A stretch of 63,362 nucleotides of DNA, counting the filler, from Atractiella rhizophila (taxonomy: Eukaryota): the NCBI GenBank assembly GCA_021432655.1. It is 9 parts of 9 records of this genome, joined end to end, with 100 filler letters (N's around TTAATTAATTAA, not from the genome) between each part and the next. Parts side by side here need not be neighbours in the genome. Positions count along the whole stretch, not along the records: positions 1 to 10,366 come from MU272079.1; positions 10,467 to 20,821 come from MU272080.1; 7 more parts are not named here. One strand, 5' to 3'. Under the pieces are notes generated by a model. The model saw only the letters and a list, made by a program, of their open reading frames with translations, was not told the DNA's origin and did not search any database. Position 1 is the stretch's first letter. Each line of letters opens with the position of its first letter. The position numbers and the translations under genes were made by a program. Below, piece by piece: positions 1 through 14,064 of this stretch.

Positions 1-1899
1 CACACTGATAACAATACAAACCGTTCATTAATTCGAATGGAACAAAGGAAAGAGACACAGAGAACAAACAGGGTAGACGATTGGCACATTTCGGGGAAGT
101 TGGGTGAAGCGAGAGATCGTTTTATTGTGGTGCCCACTACCTGTCTTATCAGTTTTGACAAGCTTGACCGATTGCGAAGTGAAGCGAGCTTAGAAATGCA
201 CCGATACAAAGAGGAACTTGTTCCATGATCACAAGCTAACATTCAGCTAGTACTATCGCAACGAAATGCATGCAAGAGTACTGGAGGTGGTGGGCAAAAG
301 CGGTGAGCAGACTTACCGCAATGACGCGAAGATTACATCAAGAGAAGGAGCCGGGACATTGCCAGGAAAGGGCTTCTCGGGGAATGTTACAGTGGTTTGG
401 GTTGGAGATATTGCTTTGGTTTGTACTCACTTTATCGCAATTTCATTTTTCCTACAGCTACCTTCGCGACACTTCAATCTCTTCATAGCTATCCTGAACG
501 CAGAGCATGTAGAGGGACAGTATGATGGTCAAAACGCTTCCTTGTGGCGTGAGCTATCACTCTCTCTCAAAGAAACCGTTGCTGTTTTCCTCGAAAGACG
601 GTTAGCTGAACGGTTGTTTTAGGCTTGTTTCTTTGGGGTATCAAGTTAGGAGAGCAGTTCTACATTATCCTAGAGTGAAAACCGGACGGAGGAGTGGGGA
701 GGACGAGGGATGGTGCCAGTGATGGACGATGGACTCGGCGAGCTTGGGGCTCAGTCATGAACGAGAACCTAAATGATGCCCACTTGACAAGGTACAAATA
801 AATCGACAGAATCTGGAGGTTAGGTACCTCCAGGGCACGCACGACTGGGCCAGACACCACCAAATTAAGCTGATAACCTGCGATATAACTTCTACTAGTG
901 GAATAGATGCCGTTAATACGCAGGAATCATTCTTGATCACGCTGCTCTCCAGCTTTGGGCGAAGTCTATCAAGGAAGAGAAGGAACGAGCTGGGGAGCCA
1001 GTCGAATGGAATGACTTCAGCTATGCCCTGCTCCCTTGGAATGAACTGCGATCGTTCCCAAAACCTTTGCAAATCAAACCCTTGGCGAAACCTCGAGGTT
1101 CACCTCTGGAGACGGGGCGCTACGTTAGCCCTTGCACCACCCCTTCGTTCAGCATGAACAACAGCCAATTTCAAAGTATGGAGTTCGATCAAGATAGTCT
1201 ACCCAAGTGTAAACCGTCCAACAAGACAGCCCCGAAAGTTATTGAAATGCTTGACCGACGTGGTGAGTTCAATCATTATCATATGGTAAGCAAAATTGAT
1301 GAAGGTTCAGGTGTTCCACTTCATGGCTTGAAGACGGCTTATGTTTGGGATGTGGAATAAGAATTTATGTTCTCTCTTATAATTGACCAGATATTATTCC
1401 TTGATTCAATGAAATGGGAATGCTATATGTAGTCTGATATGCTGTGCGCTATGTTACACTAACATTGTATTTCGAAACGGCTAAGGATCAGTTAAATCCA
1501 AGACGTCACTGGCGACTTGGAAGCGCGAGAGAAACCTTCAAAAAGTGTCAACCGCCTTCGATTTCCTGGTTGCTTTCTAACTTAAGCTGAACTTGAAACA
1601 CCCGCCTGCTCTTGATCTTGTCTCTCTGCAAATAGGAAGGCAATCCACCGATCTTAACCCGAAGGAGAGAGGTGGGACAGTTGACAAGACAAGTATGAAA
1701 CCAACTATTCTGTTGAAGGAAAGGCATCACTGCTGCATTTGAGAGAGGAACTGCAATCTCCCCCTCCTGCGCTCTGCACTATTTACTGCACAAATTGTCA
1801 CCGATTACAACCTAGATTCCTGGATAATACCTTTGAATTGTCGTTGAAAGTCACGGAACAGAAAGACGAGCCTCTAACCTGCCTATAGCATACGACCTA

Positions 1900-3803
1900 T
1901 TATTTTGCCCCTTGATCTTCCTCCCTCTTCGTTTTGAACGACCACCTTTGATAAGCCTCTGAATAACCATACATTATCTCAACTGATTGAGATTCTTCAG
2001 TCAATTCTATCCCGAAGGTCTTGCTCTCGAGGCCTTCCAAGTCCGGATTTCGAGTCGCGAGCAGGAATTGGATGAAGTTAAGTTGCAATGCGCTTCGATT
2101 GCGAATGACAGATAGGAGACTAACGAAGGAAATTGCGAGCGTGACAATAAATCCAGCGAGATAAGCCAAGAGGAGCGTTCGTTGATTATACGCATAGCGG
2201 ATGAAGGACGAGGTCTGGAAGCACTGCGTTGTTGTAGATTGATTGAGAACGAGGGAGAGGACGCTAACTATCCCAGAATCAGAACTGCATGTTGCTCATG
2301 AATATACCGACTACTGAGATTATTCATGAGCTCCGGGAGAGCAGCCGAGAGTCCTTCAAACGTGGGACGGGTTGTGGAGTTTGAATTCTAGAAGCGAGAA
2401 TCCGATGAAAACGTTATCAAAGTGTCGTTGCTGGCCAACACTTGCTCTTCATCAATATCACTCGAATTTCCATGCACCCAATGAAGGAAAACAGAGCCAT
2501 CAAGCATTTGAAAGACGCTATCTGAGATCCCGATCATGTTTAGCATCCCCCAAGACACGAAGTTCTCTCCAATCCCTTGAATGGCGCCTACGACTTCGGA
2601 GTTGTTCAAAATACCTCTAGCAGCGTTGGCAGAAGCTATCGGTGCACCAATTTGAAGAGCAGTGGAGGTTATGGCGAGTGAATCGCCAGTTTGAATCACA
2701 TGGATGGTATAATCGCCAACGTAGGGATTGTAAGTCAAGTTCCCGCTCATATCTTCTCCGAAGCGAATCTGAAGCTCATCGAGGGTCGCGCTGCGAAATG
2801 ATTGGGCTGACCAGTAATAATCGGAAGACCCGACTTGATAGGTGTCTGAGTCTACGCCATGCCATGCTGATGCTGTACCGTTTGAGCATTGAAAAGCAGG
2901 TGCCTGAAAGCTCGTAGAAAATGTGCAGTTTGTGGATTGACAGTCTGCCTTCCAGTTTGCGAAAGGAGAGCCGGTAACGAGGACTCTGACGATTTCTTAG
3001 TTGGATAACTCGAGGAGGGGTTTGAACTCACCGTGAAGCGAGGCGTTTGATATCAAACGCAGGTCCTAAGTAAACTTCCGCATGAAGTTCATCAGGAAAG
3101 CCAGGAACACTATAATAAGTGCTTTGGGTCTTTGCAATTTGCTGAAGGCTAGCAGGAACGGTGTATCCGGCCGCATTGGCCTGGTCGTCGAACTGGGCCA
3201 GAGAAACGGTTGGTACAGAACACATAACAATTTGAGAAGACTCTGTAAATGTTGTCGTAAGAGTCGCTGGGGTCACGATTCCCGGCAAGCTGGCGAGGCG
3301 AAAGATGATCGAAATAGCGATGACCAATTTGGCAGTTCTCAGAAGAGTGAAGTTCAAAAACGACGTCGCTGAATCCTTCAGCTGAAACAGGTCGTTGACT
3401 TGGTCAATTGTCATCCACTTTCGCTTCACAGTGTCCCTTGTAGCTTCGCGTCATTCCTCCTCCTGGTAGAAAGTAAGACAACGAACCAACACAGCTGTCC
3501 AAAAGCAAGCGAGATCGCAGCTCCCGCAAAGTTTTGCCATAAGAAAGCTAGCACACTACCGATGCGAATCGACCATTCCTGCGAGACAGGGAAGTCGGTA
3601 GTGGCATGGCCATTGGCGTATGCGTAGAAGAAATGATGTCCCAGCGCCACGAGCACACAACCAAGCAGCCAGGAGGAGGAGAAGATGATCCACTTGAGCA
3701 TCGGACGAGACTTGGTAGGACCTTGTGGTGCCCTGTAGGCGATCAAGTGGTTGACCATGACACCTTCGTCTGGGTGGTTGGTAGCAAGTGAGTCGTAAGG
3801 CAT
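1900..3803 (-). CDS. Multi-exon conserved fungal transmembrane protein of unknown function (family often auto-annotated 'formylmethionine deformylase-like')
   Basis: ORFs 3426-3803, 3028-3429, 2388-2750 and 1900-2169 are colinear on the minus strand. N-terminal ALGHHFFYAYANG..QEWSIRIGSVLAFL and C-terminal TM LLLAYLAGFIVTL..NFIQFLLATRNPDL match the family pattern as recalled. Confidence 0.7.
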
Positions 3804-4018
3804 TGGACCAGCGGCTGTGGAGAGACAGAGAGGTTTTTAAGAGGGTTGTGAGAGGGCGATGCAAGTAACATTCGGGACAGCCACCTGGATTCAGAGAATT
3901 GGAATCTGGCCAAAGGTATATTCGATGTTGGCCCGTTCTTGTGAGATTTCCAAGCTGCAGGAAGAACGACCACCATCTTCAAGTTTAGCTTTCGCTTTAT
4001 TTCTTAACTACTGTGGCC

Positions 4019-4918
4019 ATGAGGTTTTTCCTCTTCTTCCTAGCTTATCTCGTACTCCTTGCTGGAGCTCAACCAAACCAAGGAACGATGGTCAGTCCCT
4101 ATGAAGTAGATTGCGATTTCAGCTGTTGTTCCCAATTCTACCCAAATCCTTGTGAGTCTCGCCTTTTATTACGATGACCATGGAGCTGACATTGTCAGTG
4201 GTGGCATGTCAGACTGCTATCATCGTCGTGAACGGCACGGCACCGCCTTGTATGCACTATGAGTTCCTCTCCTTTCAACTCTTCTGAAGCATAGTGGCAT
4301 AGTCTCCAATTTCGAACTGGACATAGTCAACGGCACAAGCTTAGAATGGCCCTATTCCTTCTTTCTCGATGGCCCAGGCTACTTCAATTGGACTGTGAGT
4401 CCCGTTCTTGCCCTCCCAATCACAAGACCTTGATACGGTGAATACCACCAGGTCATCGCTCCCCCAGGGTCCACCCTCGAGTTCACAGCATATGGCGCTG
4501 GAGGTCCTCACGGTGGGATCTGCACCAATACGCTCGAGGTCATATCGTTTGTCTTCTCTGTTCTTCCTGCGTACCAAGCCCATGAAAGATTTCGCAGGGG
4601 AGATGATCAGAGCTGCCTAAACCAACCTTTTTCGTACGTAGGACCGTCGAGTGGACCCTCGTACTCATTCACGAGGTATGTTGTGGTTCAATGTCGTCAC
4701 TGTCGTTTTGAACAGAAAGTAGCATCTCAAAAGTGACCAGCGTATCAGTGTCGCTAAAGCCAACTTCTGTAGAAGCGGCAACAACTCCAGCATTCTCTCT
4801 TGTTCCAACAACGACAAGTGCGTCAGCGCCAACTGCAAGTTCCAACGCAAAAACAATGATCGTTCCTTGGCTTTTGATTATGGGTGGAGTGGGAGCTTGG
4901 ATGATAGCTTCACTTTAG
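4019..4918 (+). CDS. Secreted, probably GPI-anchored Ser/Thr-rich cell-surface protein (multi-exon)
   Basis: ATG at 4019 gives signal peptide MRFFLFFLAYLVLLAGA. Internal exons read ELDIVNGTSLEWPYSFFLDGPGYFNWT and VIAPPGSTLEFTAYG. An S/T-rich stretch precedes a hydrophobic C-terminus (SSNAKTMIVPWLLIMGGVGAWMIASL*). Confidence 0.65.
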
Positions 4919-7900
4919 ACTGACATAAACTCTGATTGATCATAATCTTGCCCAATTAATCGTTGCAAGGCATCCGATTGAACGAAAAGCTTGTCCTTAA
5001 GTAGGGAGGACGCTGCAAGAAGGGTTCACCTCTCAAAGAGGCAACAAAGAAAGCGCATACACATCGTCTGTTTTGCCAGTATACAAATATCCGTCCTGGA
5101 TGAGCTGTTCAACTTCCTGGCGAACACTCGAGAGAGAAAGTGTGGAAGGAGGTCAGAAGCTATTGTCCTCAAAGGGAAGCCAGCATCAGGAATAGTGTCA
5201 TGCAGGGCTTCGAGGAACTCCATGATTTGTTTCTAGGTGTCGTTGCGACAGGAGGTGTGCGGGGAGTCAAAAGCAGCGATCGAAGGTACGACCCATAATT
5301 GTCTACTTCGAGAGGTCAGCTGGTGGCTCTTCTCATAGAACTTTGACCCAGGAGCTTGGTGCAGGTGCCACCATCGAGGGACGTGCTAGTGGCTCTCACA
5401 TGTTCTTCTCGTCTTCCCGCTTCATCACAGAGGAGAGACATACCTCTTCCTGGCTTAAAACAGCCACCCATTCCACGCATGAATAAGCTTCGTCGCTGAA
5501 ATTATCTCCTTCCAGTCCCAGCCTGGCGAGAGCTCTTCTAAGCGCTTGAGTGCTTGTTCCCATCAGCAGCTGGTCCTCGAATCCGGCGTTCGTCGTGTAA
5601 CGAAATGATAGTTGAAATAAGGCTCCACTTCATGAAAGCTGAGGTGCTCATGGAAAGATTTCATTCATGAGCTTAAGAGTTTGTAGGCTGATGTCGTGCT
5701 ATTGGGGAAGTGCTGCAATTGCATCTTGGAGGATTTGAAACTTCTGAGTTGCTCGAGCGAGAGCAGAGATGTTGTGAGAGGCGACTGCGGGGCTCATGTT
5801 GTATTCTCAGCGACACGCGTTCCTCCACCAGCGACGAATCGGGATCCACCATCCATTCCTTCTTCGCCATCAAGTTATCGTCCAGATCCTCCAACAATCG
5901 CGTTTCCACTGCAGTCTCGAGATTCCGACGAATGAAGGACATAACGGCCCCCTTCAGAGGCAGGAGATCGAAGGGATCAGCGTCAGCCAGAATCGAAACT
6001 GTGAGATGCGTACCTTAAGACAAAGGATTCCGCAGCGTTTCCTATTTCGGAAGCGGGAACCTTAAAGCAAAAAACATCGAAATAAGCCTTTTTCGGCCCC
6101 CCTCCACTTTCCAAGTCAGATAATCTGGGGAGTCCCTGTATGTGCATTAAGTGTTGTACCTCGAAAGTACAGATATTCTCTCACTATGAAGGAACATAAC
6201 GACCCCCTATACTACTAGGCATGGAAAGATCGCTAAGGTATTACAGCGTAAGACGTTCAGTTTGTGAGATTGAGAGAGAACCAAGCACCAATCAGCCTGC
6301 ACCCTTGAAATTGTCGAGCAGCAACTTGTTAGCGATAGAGAGCATATCCAGTACACTGGACGGGGCGCATATAGGTGAGAGAAATACTGAAACAAACTCA
6401 CAAAGCAACACCAGGCGTAAATGAAAACTAATCCGCGGTTACGCCGTAACAGAGTTCCAACGAGGTACCTCCTTGGAGGCGAGGTTGCGAAACGGCTCCT
6501 TCATTTCGAAAGAATCAAATGGGAGTCAGCTGAAGGTACATCCATTACAACCCGCGTGCTCCCGCGGAAAGCTACCAACTGTTCCTCCATCGTCCATCAA
6601 ATCAACTGATCCCTCTGCCGTCCACGTCGCATTCCGAGTAATAGGTCGATCGAACCCGACTTACAGATACGGCTGGCGGATATCAAGAAGGTTAATGCAA
6701 AATGTCTACGAATCCCCTCCATCGACAATGGAGGCGTCTGTGCCTTCTCTTACCTTTACATGCTTGTGGGCACTTCGACCGGAGGATGGGTTGCTTTGAT
6801 GGAAATTACACCACACAGTTCGAAAGATGGCGATGACTCGCCGGGAGTGTATGTACGCTTTCAATGAGATCATAAAGCAAGTTTTCTCGCAGAAGACGCT
6901 ATGTACAGATGGCTACCCGCTTATTCCGACAGAGCTTTTGAACACGTTTTCGAGAAGATTGTTGGAGATTACACCACACAGCTCGAAAGATCGATGCTCG
7001 CCACCTTGGACGACGCGAGCCTGGTGGTGGTACGTGAAAGCGAAACTTGTGGCGACGGCGGAGGAGGCGGAGACGACATTCGAGTGAAGTAAGAAGTAAG
7101 GGCCGCGCTGTCTATGATATAAAGGTGCCATTTNNNNNNNNNNNNNNNNNNNNNNNNNNTAGTTCGGACAGACTCGCCCGGTACGTATCTGGTGCCTCCT
7201 CTTTGTTTGTACAAGAGAAAGAAGGTGAAGGGTCGTGTTGCCACACCGTTGTTGGATTGTAAAGGTAGGCCGAACAGTTTCTTGAGGTATGACTCCCTAG
7301 CCATATTAAGAGGAAGTTCATCGGTAGGGTCTGACATCACGCCGAAGGGTCTCGAGGTTGAACGCTGTCCGCCTCCTAAAAAAGGTCAGTTCCTATCAAA
7401 CTTTTAGTAGACTATAACGAGATCGGGGAAACGCCGCCCAGTTTTGTCGAATGCTTCGTCTTCCCGAGTGTGTAGGTACGTCGGAGAGTAAGTGCTCGCT
7501 CAGAGCTCCCTCCCCGACACCACAACAACCCTATGAGGACTGCCACGAAATGCCAAGTGCTGCAGGGAAGGCCCATTGGGAGGCTTTTACTTCCGCAAGG
7601 ATGGTGTCTCGAAACCTGTGCTCACTATTGCGCTGAGCACCTCAAATAATTTGTTAAACACAGCAATGGATGAAGCGTATGTCGAACAAGCGAAGAGAGT
7701 GTTTGGGATAAAGGAAGATCCGAAATGGTATTGGGTTGGTGGAAGACACTTCTAGTCCCTGAGTATACCTGATGTAGAGAGGAATAATCAATGTGGTCGA
7801 CTCACGAATGTGATGCCATTCAAGTTATAGAAAACAGGTACATGAGTGGAACTGTCTAAATGAAGACAGAGTGATATGAGCACTGAAGTTGAGGCACCAT

Positions 7901-10035
7901 CTTCTCCAGGCTCTTCTCCTAACCAACCGGGATGCGCTGTCACCATATATGGTATTGGTGTGGCAAGTCTGCAACGCCATGACTTCTTCGATCCACATGG
8001 TGGATGGATGAATGCCGATCACCGAAAATGTGCCATGGTCTGGGAGCGGCGAGAAAGTGTTCCCAAATGGACGGCGCGTAAACGCCAATTTTGTAGTGGA
8101 ATGCGGACGGAGCACGTCGAACGTCGTGGTTAGGATTTCTCTGTTCTTCCTCCGGTTTTTGGGGATCAAATTCCCCTGCTTGAAGCCTCCCGCGGTTGAT
8201 CCTACTTTTTATACTTCGTTCTTGCGGGGAAATAGCGAGAAGTAGCTGAAAAGTAGGTAGTTGTTTAGAGAGAGAATGTGACAATAAAGGAGATGACAGG
8301 TGGGATTCTTCCAAGAAGGCGTGACGTCGACGCGGTGCGAGAGGGAGAAACAGTTCATTGAAAGTATCATCGCACCTGCATCTCCTGCGTTCCAACTTCA
8401 TTGCTCCATATCGTGATACTGGTGAGACTTCCGCCATGCAGTGTTGACAAATAGTTAGAAGGATTGTGGCATCCAGGCAATCACGTACTATCCCCTACAA
8501 GAACTTTGTCAGCAATCAGTTCAAAAATTCCTTTTCTTGAGATGGACAACCCACTATGGCGAGCATTTTTCAGTTTTAAACGAGGAGATTTTTGTGCAAG
8601 TAGGCTTTAGAAATGATGGAGCCGATGAAGATTAGTCCGGACCATCCGATCGTTGGCTCTGCAGGGTGCACATTGTCTTTCGATGACGTTCTGTTAGATC
8701 AACGTCGCCCGCATAAGAGGCCAGTGAGAACTTGGCATTCCCAAAGTAGGTTCTTGTGAGGCATTTCCAGCTCCAGAATTCCCAGCTGCTGCGATGAGGA
8801 GAACTTCATCCTGAGACACGTATGGAGTGGTTGAGAATAAGCATAGAACCTGATCCGCAACTTGCGCTCGAGCAGATTCCATTTTTCGTCTGTGGCTTCG
8901 AACGAACTTTTAATTGACCCAGATCTCGTTGGTCGTTTTCAATCCTTACGATCTTTACGAGAAGCGGCACCACAAGAGAAGTAATGCGAAATTTTTATTC
9001 GTCCACATGTCGGTGATGTTGGGGGGGGGATTAGAACTTTTCTAGCCAGGCTCGCCCCGGATAGTCAGGGTAAAGTCAACGCGAGCAGTCTTGTCCGGGA
9101 TAGTGTCGAAACTGTGGTGTCCACCTCCTCCCCAGACCTGCACCAACATCCCTCTGTAGGGACTGATTCTCTCAGCGACCTTTCGAAATGCCACCCATTG
9201 GAATGATAAAGTGCCTGAGTTTATGCCGATGTTATCCAAGTCTTTGTGCTGGAGAGATGAGAAGGCTATTTTCTGGAAAGATCAGCGCAAGACAGCATGG
9301 TGAATAAATTAATACATCTCTCGGAGTCTGCTCTGACATGCTTTCCAGCGTCTTGATCTCGAAGGCATTGATGCGACAACTTCTACCCTTAAGTGCTCCG
9401 TCCGCCCCTTCGACTTCCCAACACATGTCGATCAGTCTTGGATCCCTGATGGTCTTGTTCGCGATTGGCGAGCGGAGAAAAAGTTGGAGGGGCACAAACA
9501 GCGTGGCATAACAGCATGGCACACTGGTCGCCTGCGCATCCAAATAGTTTTGCCCATCTTGGGCCTCGCTTTTTTGGTGACGGATAGTTCCGACAGACGG
9601 TAAAGTCGTGTGCCATCGTTGGCTGACAAAGTTCTTTAAGCTGAGACTGGTCAGGCTGCTGTCAATAGAGGGCTATAGTCATTGTATTCGACTGAAGTGG
9701 AAGGAGGAGCTGTATGTCCTCCGCCAAACGGCCAACTTTCAAAGCCCCTGTTCAAATGCCGATTCCTCAGAGCACTACAAGTGGGATCGTCCAGCGAAAG
9801 CTCCATGGAGCAACCCAACTGCTCGCCCTTCGCCCATTATGTACACCGCAGCGTAAAAGCTCGTTCCGCGATTCCCTATGTGGCCGCTCGCACTTCGCCA
9901 CTTCGCTTTGTTCACCTTGGTTCCTCGAAACTCTAACGAGGTATAAAGTGTGGCGGCAGACGTCTGTTTTACGCTCCTTCATTTACCAGCCTCTTTTCGC
10001 TCTACCATCCCTGGATCTATCCTTTGAGCCAGCAA

Positions 10036-10366
10036 ATGGCCAACTCAACCCTCTCTCCAAAAGAGCAGAAAGATATTTTTTGTCAGGAACAGGCAAAGCT
10101 CAAGCCTTGGAACCAGCCTGGTTATGATGCACACGGAGACGAATGCGGGCAATATGGATATGTCCCATCTATCTACCTCGGCATCGGTTTCACTGCGGCT
10201 TTGTTCGTCATGGTCTTACTCCTCGGTTAGTAACGAAAAGCACTGATTTGGGTATATTTAGCGGTATCCTAACCCTTCTGCATACTGGTTTTGTGTTCTA
10301 CTCAAGGCGATGGAGCTTGTTTACCATTACGGTTGGAGGAATAAGTCGGTCTCCTTTATGTTAGCG
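10036..10366 (+). CDS. RTA1-like multi-pass membrane protein, 5' part (truncated by spacer)
   Basis: YGYVPSIYLGIGF..., intron, then ILTLLHTGFVFYSRRWSLFTITVGGI: the typical RTA1 N-terminus and first TM helices. Confidence 0.7.
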
Positions 10367-10466
10367 NNNNNNNNNNNNNNNNNNNNNNNNNNNNNNNNNN
10401 NNNNNNNNNNTTAATTAATTAANNNNNNNNNNNNNNNNNNNNNNNNNNNNNNNNNNNNNNNNNNNN
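10367..10466. other. Artificial contig spacer 44N-TTAATTAATTAA-44N (also 20822-20921, 31218-31317, 37377-37476, 47637-47736, 57894-57993, 60196-60295, 62129-62228)
   Basis: The same 100-nt structure occurs eight times. The 12-mer encodes stops in all six frames, and flanking genes are unrelated and truncated. Confidence 0.97.
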
Positions 10467-11454
10467 ACATGGAACTTCATATCTGCTCGACGTACACCAG
10501 TCAGTTGCGCCACTCTTCAGCTGTGCAATGGACGTACCCAAAGCAGTGATATAACTTCCTCGAAGAGCTCCGCCGCACTTTGCGCATAGAAGATTGAGTC
10601 TCCGAAAGTAGTCGGTCTCGCAGAGCGGGTATTGCTTTCCTTCTGGGCCATCGATCGGAAAAAACTTGGCAGCGACGACTTTGTTGCAATCCTACACCAA
10701 GTGCATGTGGTTCGTTCACCAATCTTCTGTGTTCCGAGTAAGAGAGAAGACGCACCTGACACCTGAAGCAATCAAGATGATACACTGTCCCCAGAGCCCT
10801 CACAAATTGTCCTTGCATCGGCTGTTCACACTTTGCACATATCTGGGTGGGCTGAGTAGATGTCGAAGTCGAAGGAGGGCCCATAGATCCAGATGGGGTA
10901 GGTCCTGTGTCGGAAGGAGGAGGGGATCGAGTTGTGGAGATTTGGGAGGGAGCAACAGAGGATCCGGATCCCTGACGGTGTGGCATCGGACTAAGCGGTT
11001 TCGAGGAAACCAGAGATGGAGCTGTTTGGATGGATCCGGTGTCTAGCTGAGGGAGTACTGAGCCCTTTCGAGTTGGAGAGGGCACGGTAATCGTCCTCCC
11101 ACCCGAATACCCAGCAACAACCTTTCGCTCACCGTCATCAGTCGATCCACCCCAATCTGACCCTAATTGCATATCGTGGAATGACTGACTTCCGTTCGAG
11201 TTCGCTCTCGGGATAGGACTCTGAAAGTTACTTGGCAGCCTAGGGGAGGTCCTACCAGATCCCCCGAAATGATCGTGACCGTCATTACTTCCTCCGCCAA
11301 GATGATTCGAGTTTGCCCTGTCCCTCTTGATTCCGTCTGGTAAACTGAGTTCGTTAGGGTCTTGCTGGAGATCAGCTCTCCTGAGATCGTTGGAAGGGGG
11401 GAATATGGGCGAGGGCGGAATGGGGGAGGGCGAGAGTGGCGGCGGTGTCGACAT
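10467..11454 (-). CDS. LRG1: LIM-domain Rho GTPase-activating protein (Lrg1/Rga1-like), 5' part
   Basis: Pro/Ser-rich N-terminus, then LIM CAKCEQPMQGQFVRALGTVYHLDCFRCQ|DCNKVVAAKFFPIDG..PLCETDYFRRLNLLCAKCGGALRGSYITAL. The GAP domain is not in this contig. Confidence 0.85.
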
Positions 11455-11857
11455 GGCGGGTGAGCGGGGTGGATTGGAGGGTATCAGCGGTTAGTGTGAC
11501 GCCTCAGAGGGCTGCTGTGTCTCCTGTCGCAAGGTGAGTTGAGTGCTGATCCCTGGACAGTTGGCCGTTCTTTGCGACTGAGTCGTTTCTGGTCACGAGT
11601 TTCATACTCAGTTGACAAATCCACGACACCTTCCGCTTTGACCTTGAACCTTGCTTTTGTGTCGTCACTCTAATCGTCATGCTGAAGAGCATTACTCTCA
11701 TATACTCACGCACATTCGAACAGGGAGAGCTTTCGCTCAGAGCAATGTTGGTGATCACATTTACACTACCGTACACTCTACACAGCACTTCTACGGAGAA
11801 TAGAACTGATTTAAAGCATCCACAAAGAAGTGTTAAACGCAACTGAGTAGATGATAA

Positions 11858-14064
11858 TTAGAAGACAAGGTAGCTGTTACTGTGATCAGCCACGCTTCGG
11901 AGAATATGAACGATCACGTACCAAACGGCAAGGAGAGGGAATCCGCTAAGCAGGCCGAACCAGAACGTGATCTGAAACATCCACGCATCAATTCAAACCC
12001 ACAATGTAAGGAGTGCAGGAAAGGGGCTCACATTCCCCAAAGCCGGATTCTCCCTCATGAGCTTTATCCTACCCATAGCAATGAGGGGTAACTGGGCCAT
12101 CTGCATGAAGAAGAGGTACATCCTAATCTTCTTCGTGACGACGGCCATGACGAGTTCGTGGAAACAAGCGGATAAGAAAAAGGTGACGAAAGCCGCCGAA
12201 CCTCGAGATATGCCGTACGTAGAACGAGTGGAGGCGTAGACGTGCTTCATGAGGAAGGAGTGCACCGGTTTGTTCCATCGACGCGCAAATTGGTCCCACG
12301 TCACTGAGTTCCACCAGTCTTGATAGAACTCTCGGTCCGCAAACATCGTCAACTTTATCCATCCATCAGTCTCGAATGCTGAAAGTGAGGGGAACCTGAC
12401 AAACCTCAGCAAAAGCGTTGCAGATGCACTCGAAAATGATGTAGAAAATGAGAAGGTATTGTACCATAAAAGGAATGGCTAGATCGAGAGCGACATCTAT
12501 AAAAGATTTGTATTCTCCAGGAGATGGAGCGATGGGATAAATGTAAAATTCAGTGATCATGATAATGAGCGAAAAGGTTCCGAACGTCGCAAGGACCTTT
12601 TCAAAAACATAAACAGGTCGAATTCTATCTCCCCATCAGGTTTGATTAACAGATGTCTAAGGGGAGACGACGAACCGGTTTGTCCTGGGATACTCTAGTT
12701 CGTAAACTAAGGTTGGGACGAGCAGGTAGTCGACAAAATTGAGCATTGTAATGTTCGCGGGCCATCGAACCTTCTTCACTCCATCACTAGTGAGAGCTTC
12801 TTCCAAATCAATTGCTTCATTCGCCAGCTTGGAAAGGCTCTCGTCAGGATGCCAAGAAAGGAGCTCGAGAGAAGCGGTCGGAAGATCAGGCTCAAGTTTA
12901 TGTCCCGCGGTAAGAGGAGAACGAAGAGAAGAGGACGTAGTTCGCCGACGTTGGTGCATGGTGGCATCAATGCTGACTGGTCCTGGAGCACTCTTCGACT
13001 TGGTTGGCACGGCGGGGACCTCCGCGGAGGATTCTCGTCGTCGTTCCTCCTCGTCCCGATCAGTATTCGTGGGTTTGGACTCCGTCGCAGCTTGCAGTCG
13101 CTTCATCATCTCCTCCTCCCTCAAATATTTTTCCACCTCAACTCTCGCTGTTCGCCCGACGACAGCCGTGCCACCGAGTTCTTCGACCACTTGCTCCAAC
13201 TTGGCGCGCTTTTTGTCCAACGATATCTTCTTCGAAGACATCAGACCGTTGACGGCAAGGTAAGAGTGGATCTTCATCAACATTGCGATGGTGTGAAGAG
13301 TCAGGAATCCCGATTGGACCCAGTACCAGTTCCTGGCTTACATCAGCTGACGTTCAAATTCCAAGTTGTTGGCACACCTCTTGAAGGTCCACAGAATGGC
13401 AACTCCTACAAAAGCGGCCTGCCAAAAATGTTGTATGATGTTTCCTGTCCAGTAATAACGCAGCCAGCCTTTCTCTATCATCTGCTCACCCAATACGTAA
13501 CCGTGGTGAACAGCAGAAGCAGAAGCTCACCTTCATGAATGGCACACATAACAGCGTGCTACCAACCATAAGACCATCGCTGATAGCCAAATGCAAGGCG
13601 TCTGCGCTGATCAAAGACCAAAACTTCCACCCCTCCAGACTGAGGGGTTCACCGTTCCTGAACGTTCGTAGACCTTGAATGAGAAGGAAAATCCAAAAGA
13701 GAGTGTAGAAGCCTCTGAAAGGGTCGACTTGAGAGTTAGGATTGAACCTATCGAAAGCGGAGAATCTCGGTTGGAAGGTGATGACATGCTTGACCTTGAC
13801 TTTTTGGCCCCTTGCAGATGCTTTAGAAGGTATCTTTGCGTCCAGTGGACGAATATAGAGCGACCCGTCCTCCTGTACTTCATGGGTCACCCTGGAAGCT
13901 CCCAGATGAGTTATCTTTGTTGTTCCCTGCTGGTAGGGAGTGTCGGAGTCGTCCATGTTGTCAGAAGAGACGATTTCTGTTGTTCCAACTGGCAAACCAG
14001 GGGTCGAAATGCCAGAGGAAGAAGAGGATGTGTTCCCTCGAGGGAGTGCGAGCGGGGTGGTCAT
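11858..14064 (-). CDS. ARE2: MBOAT-family sterol O-acyltransferase (Are1/Are2-like), multi-exon
   Basis: Motifs FRGFYTLFW, MKIHSY, PTLVYELEYPRT, FADREFYQDWWNS, WNKPVH and SACFHE (catalytic His). Ends FWFGLLSGFPLLAV|CYLVF*. Confidence 0.92.

Noticed and set aside
660..1072. Possible F-box/LRR-like remnant (LEVPNLQILSI); similar hints at 62612-63209
   Set aside because: Fragments lie in different frames and the motif evidence is too weak to call.
8694..8882. VLLIAAAGNSG resembles the subtilisin oxyanion motif
   Set aside because: No catalytic Asp, His or GTSMA motifs were found nearby; chance match or tiny relic.
10411..10422. TTAATTAATTAA recurring at roughly 10-kb spacing as a biological repeat
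   Set aside because: Always centred in 44+44 N; it is an assembly linker.
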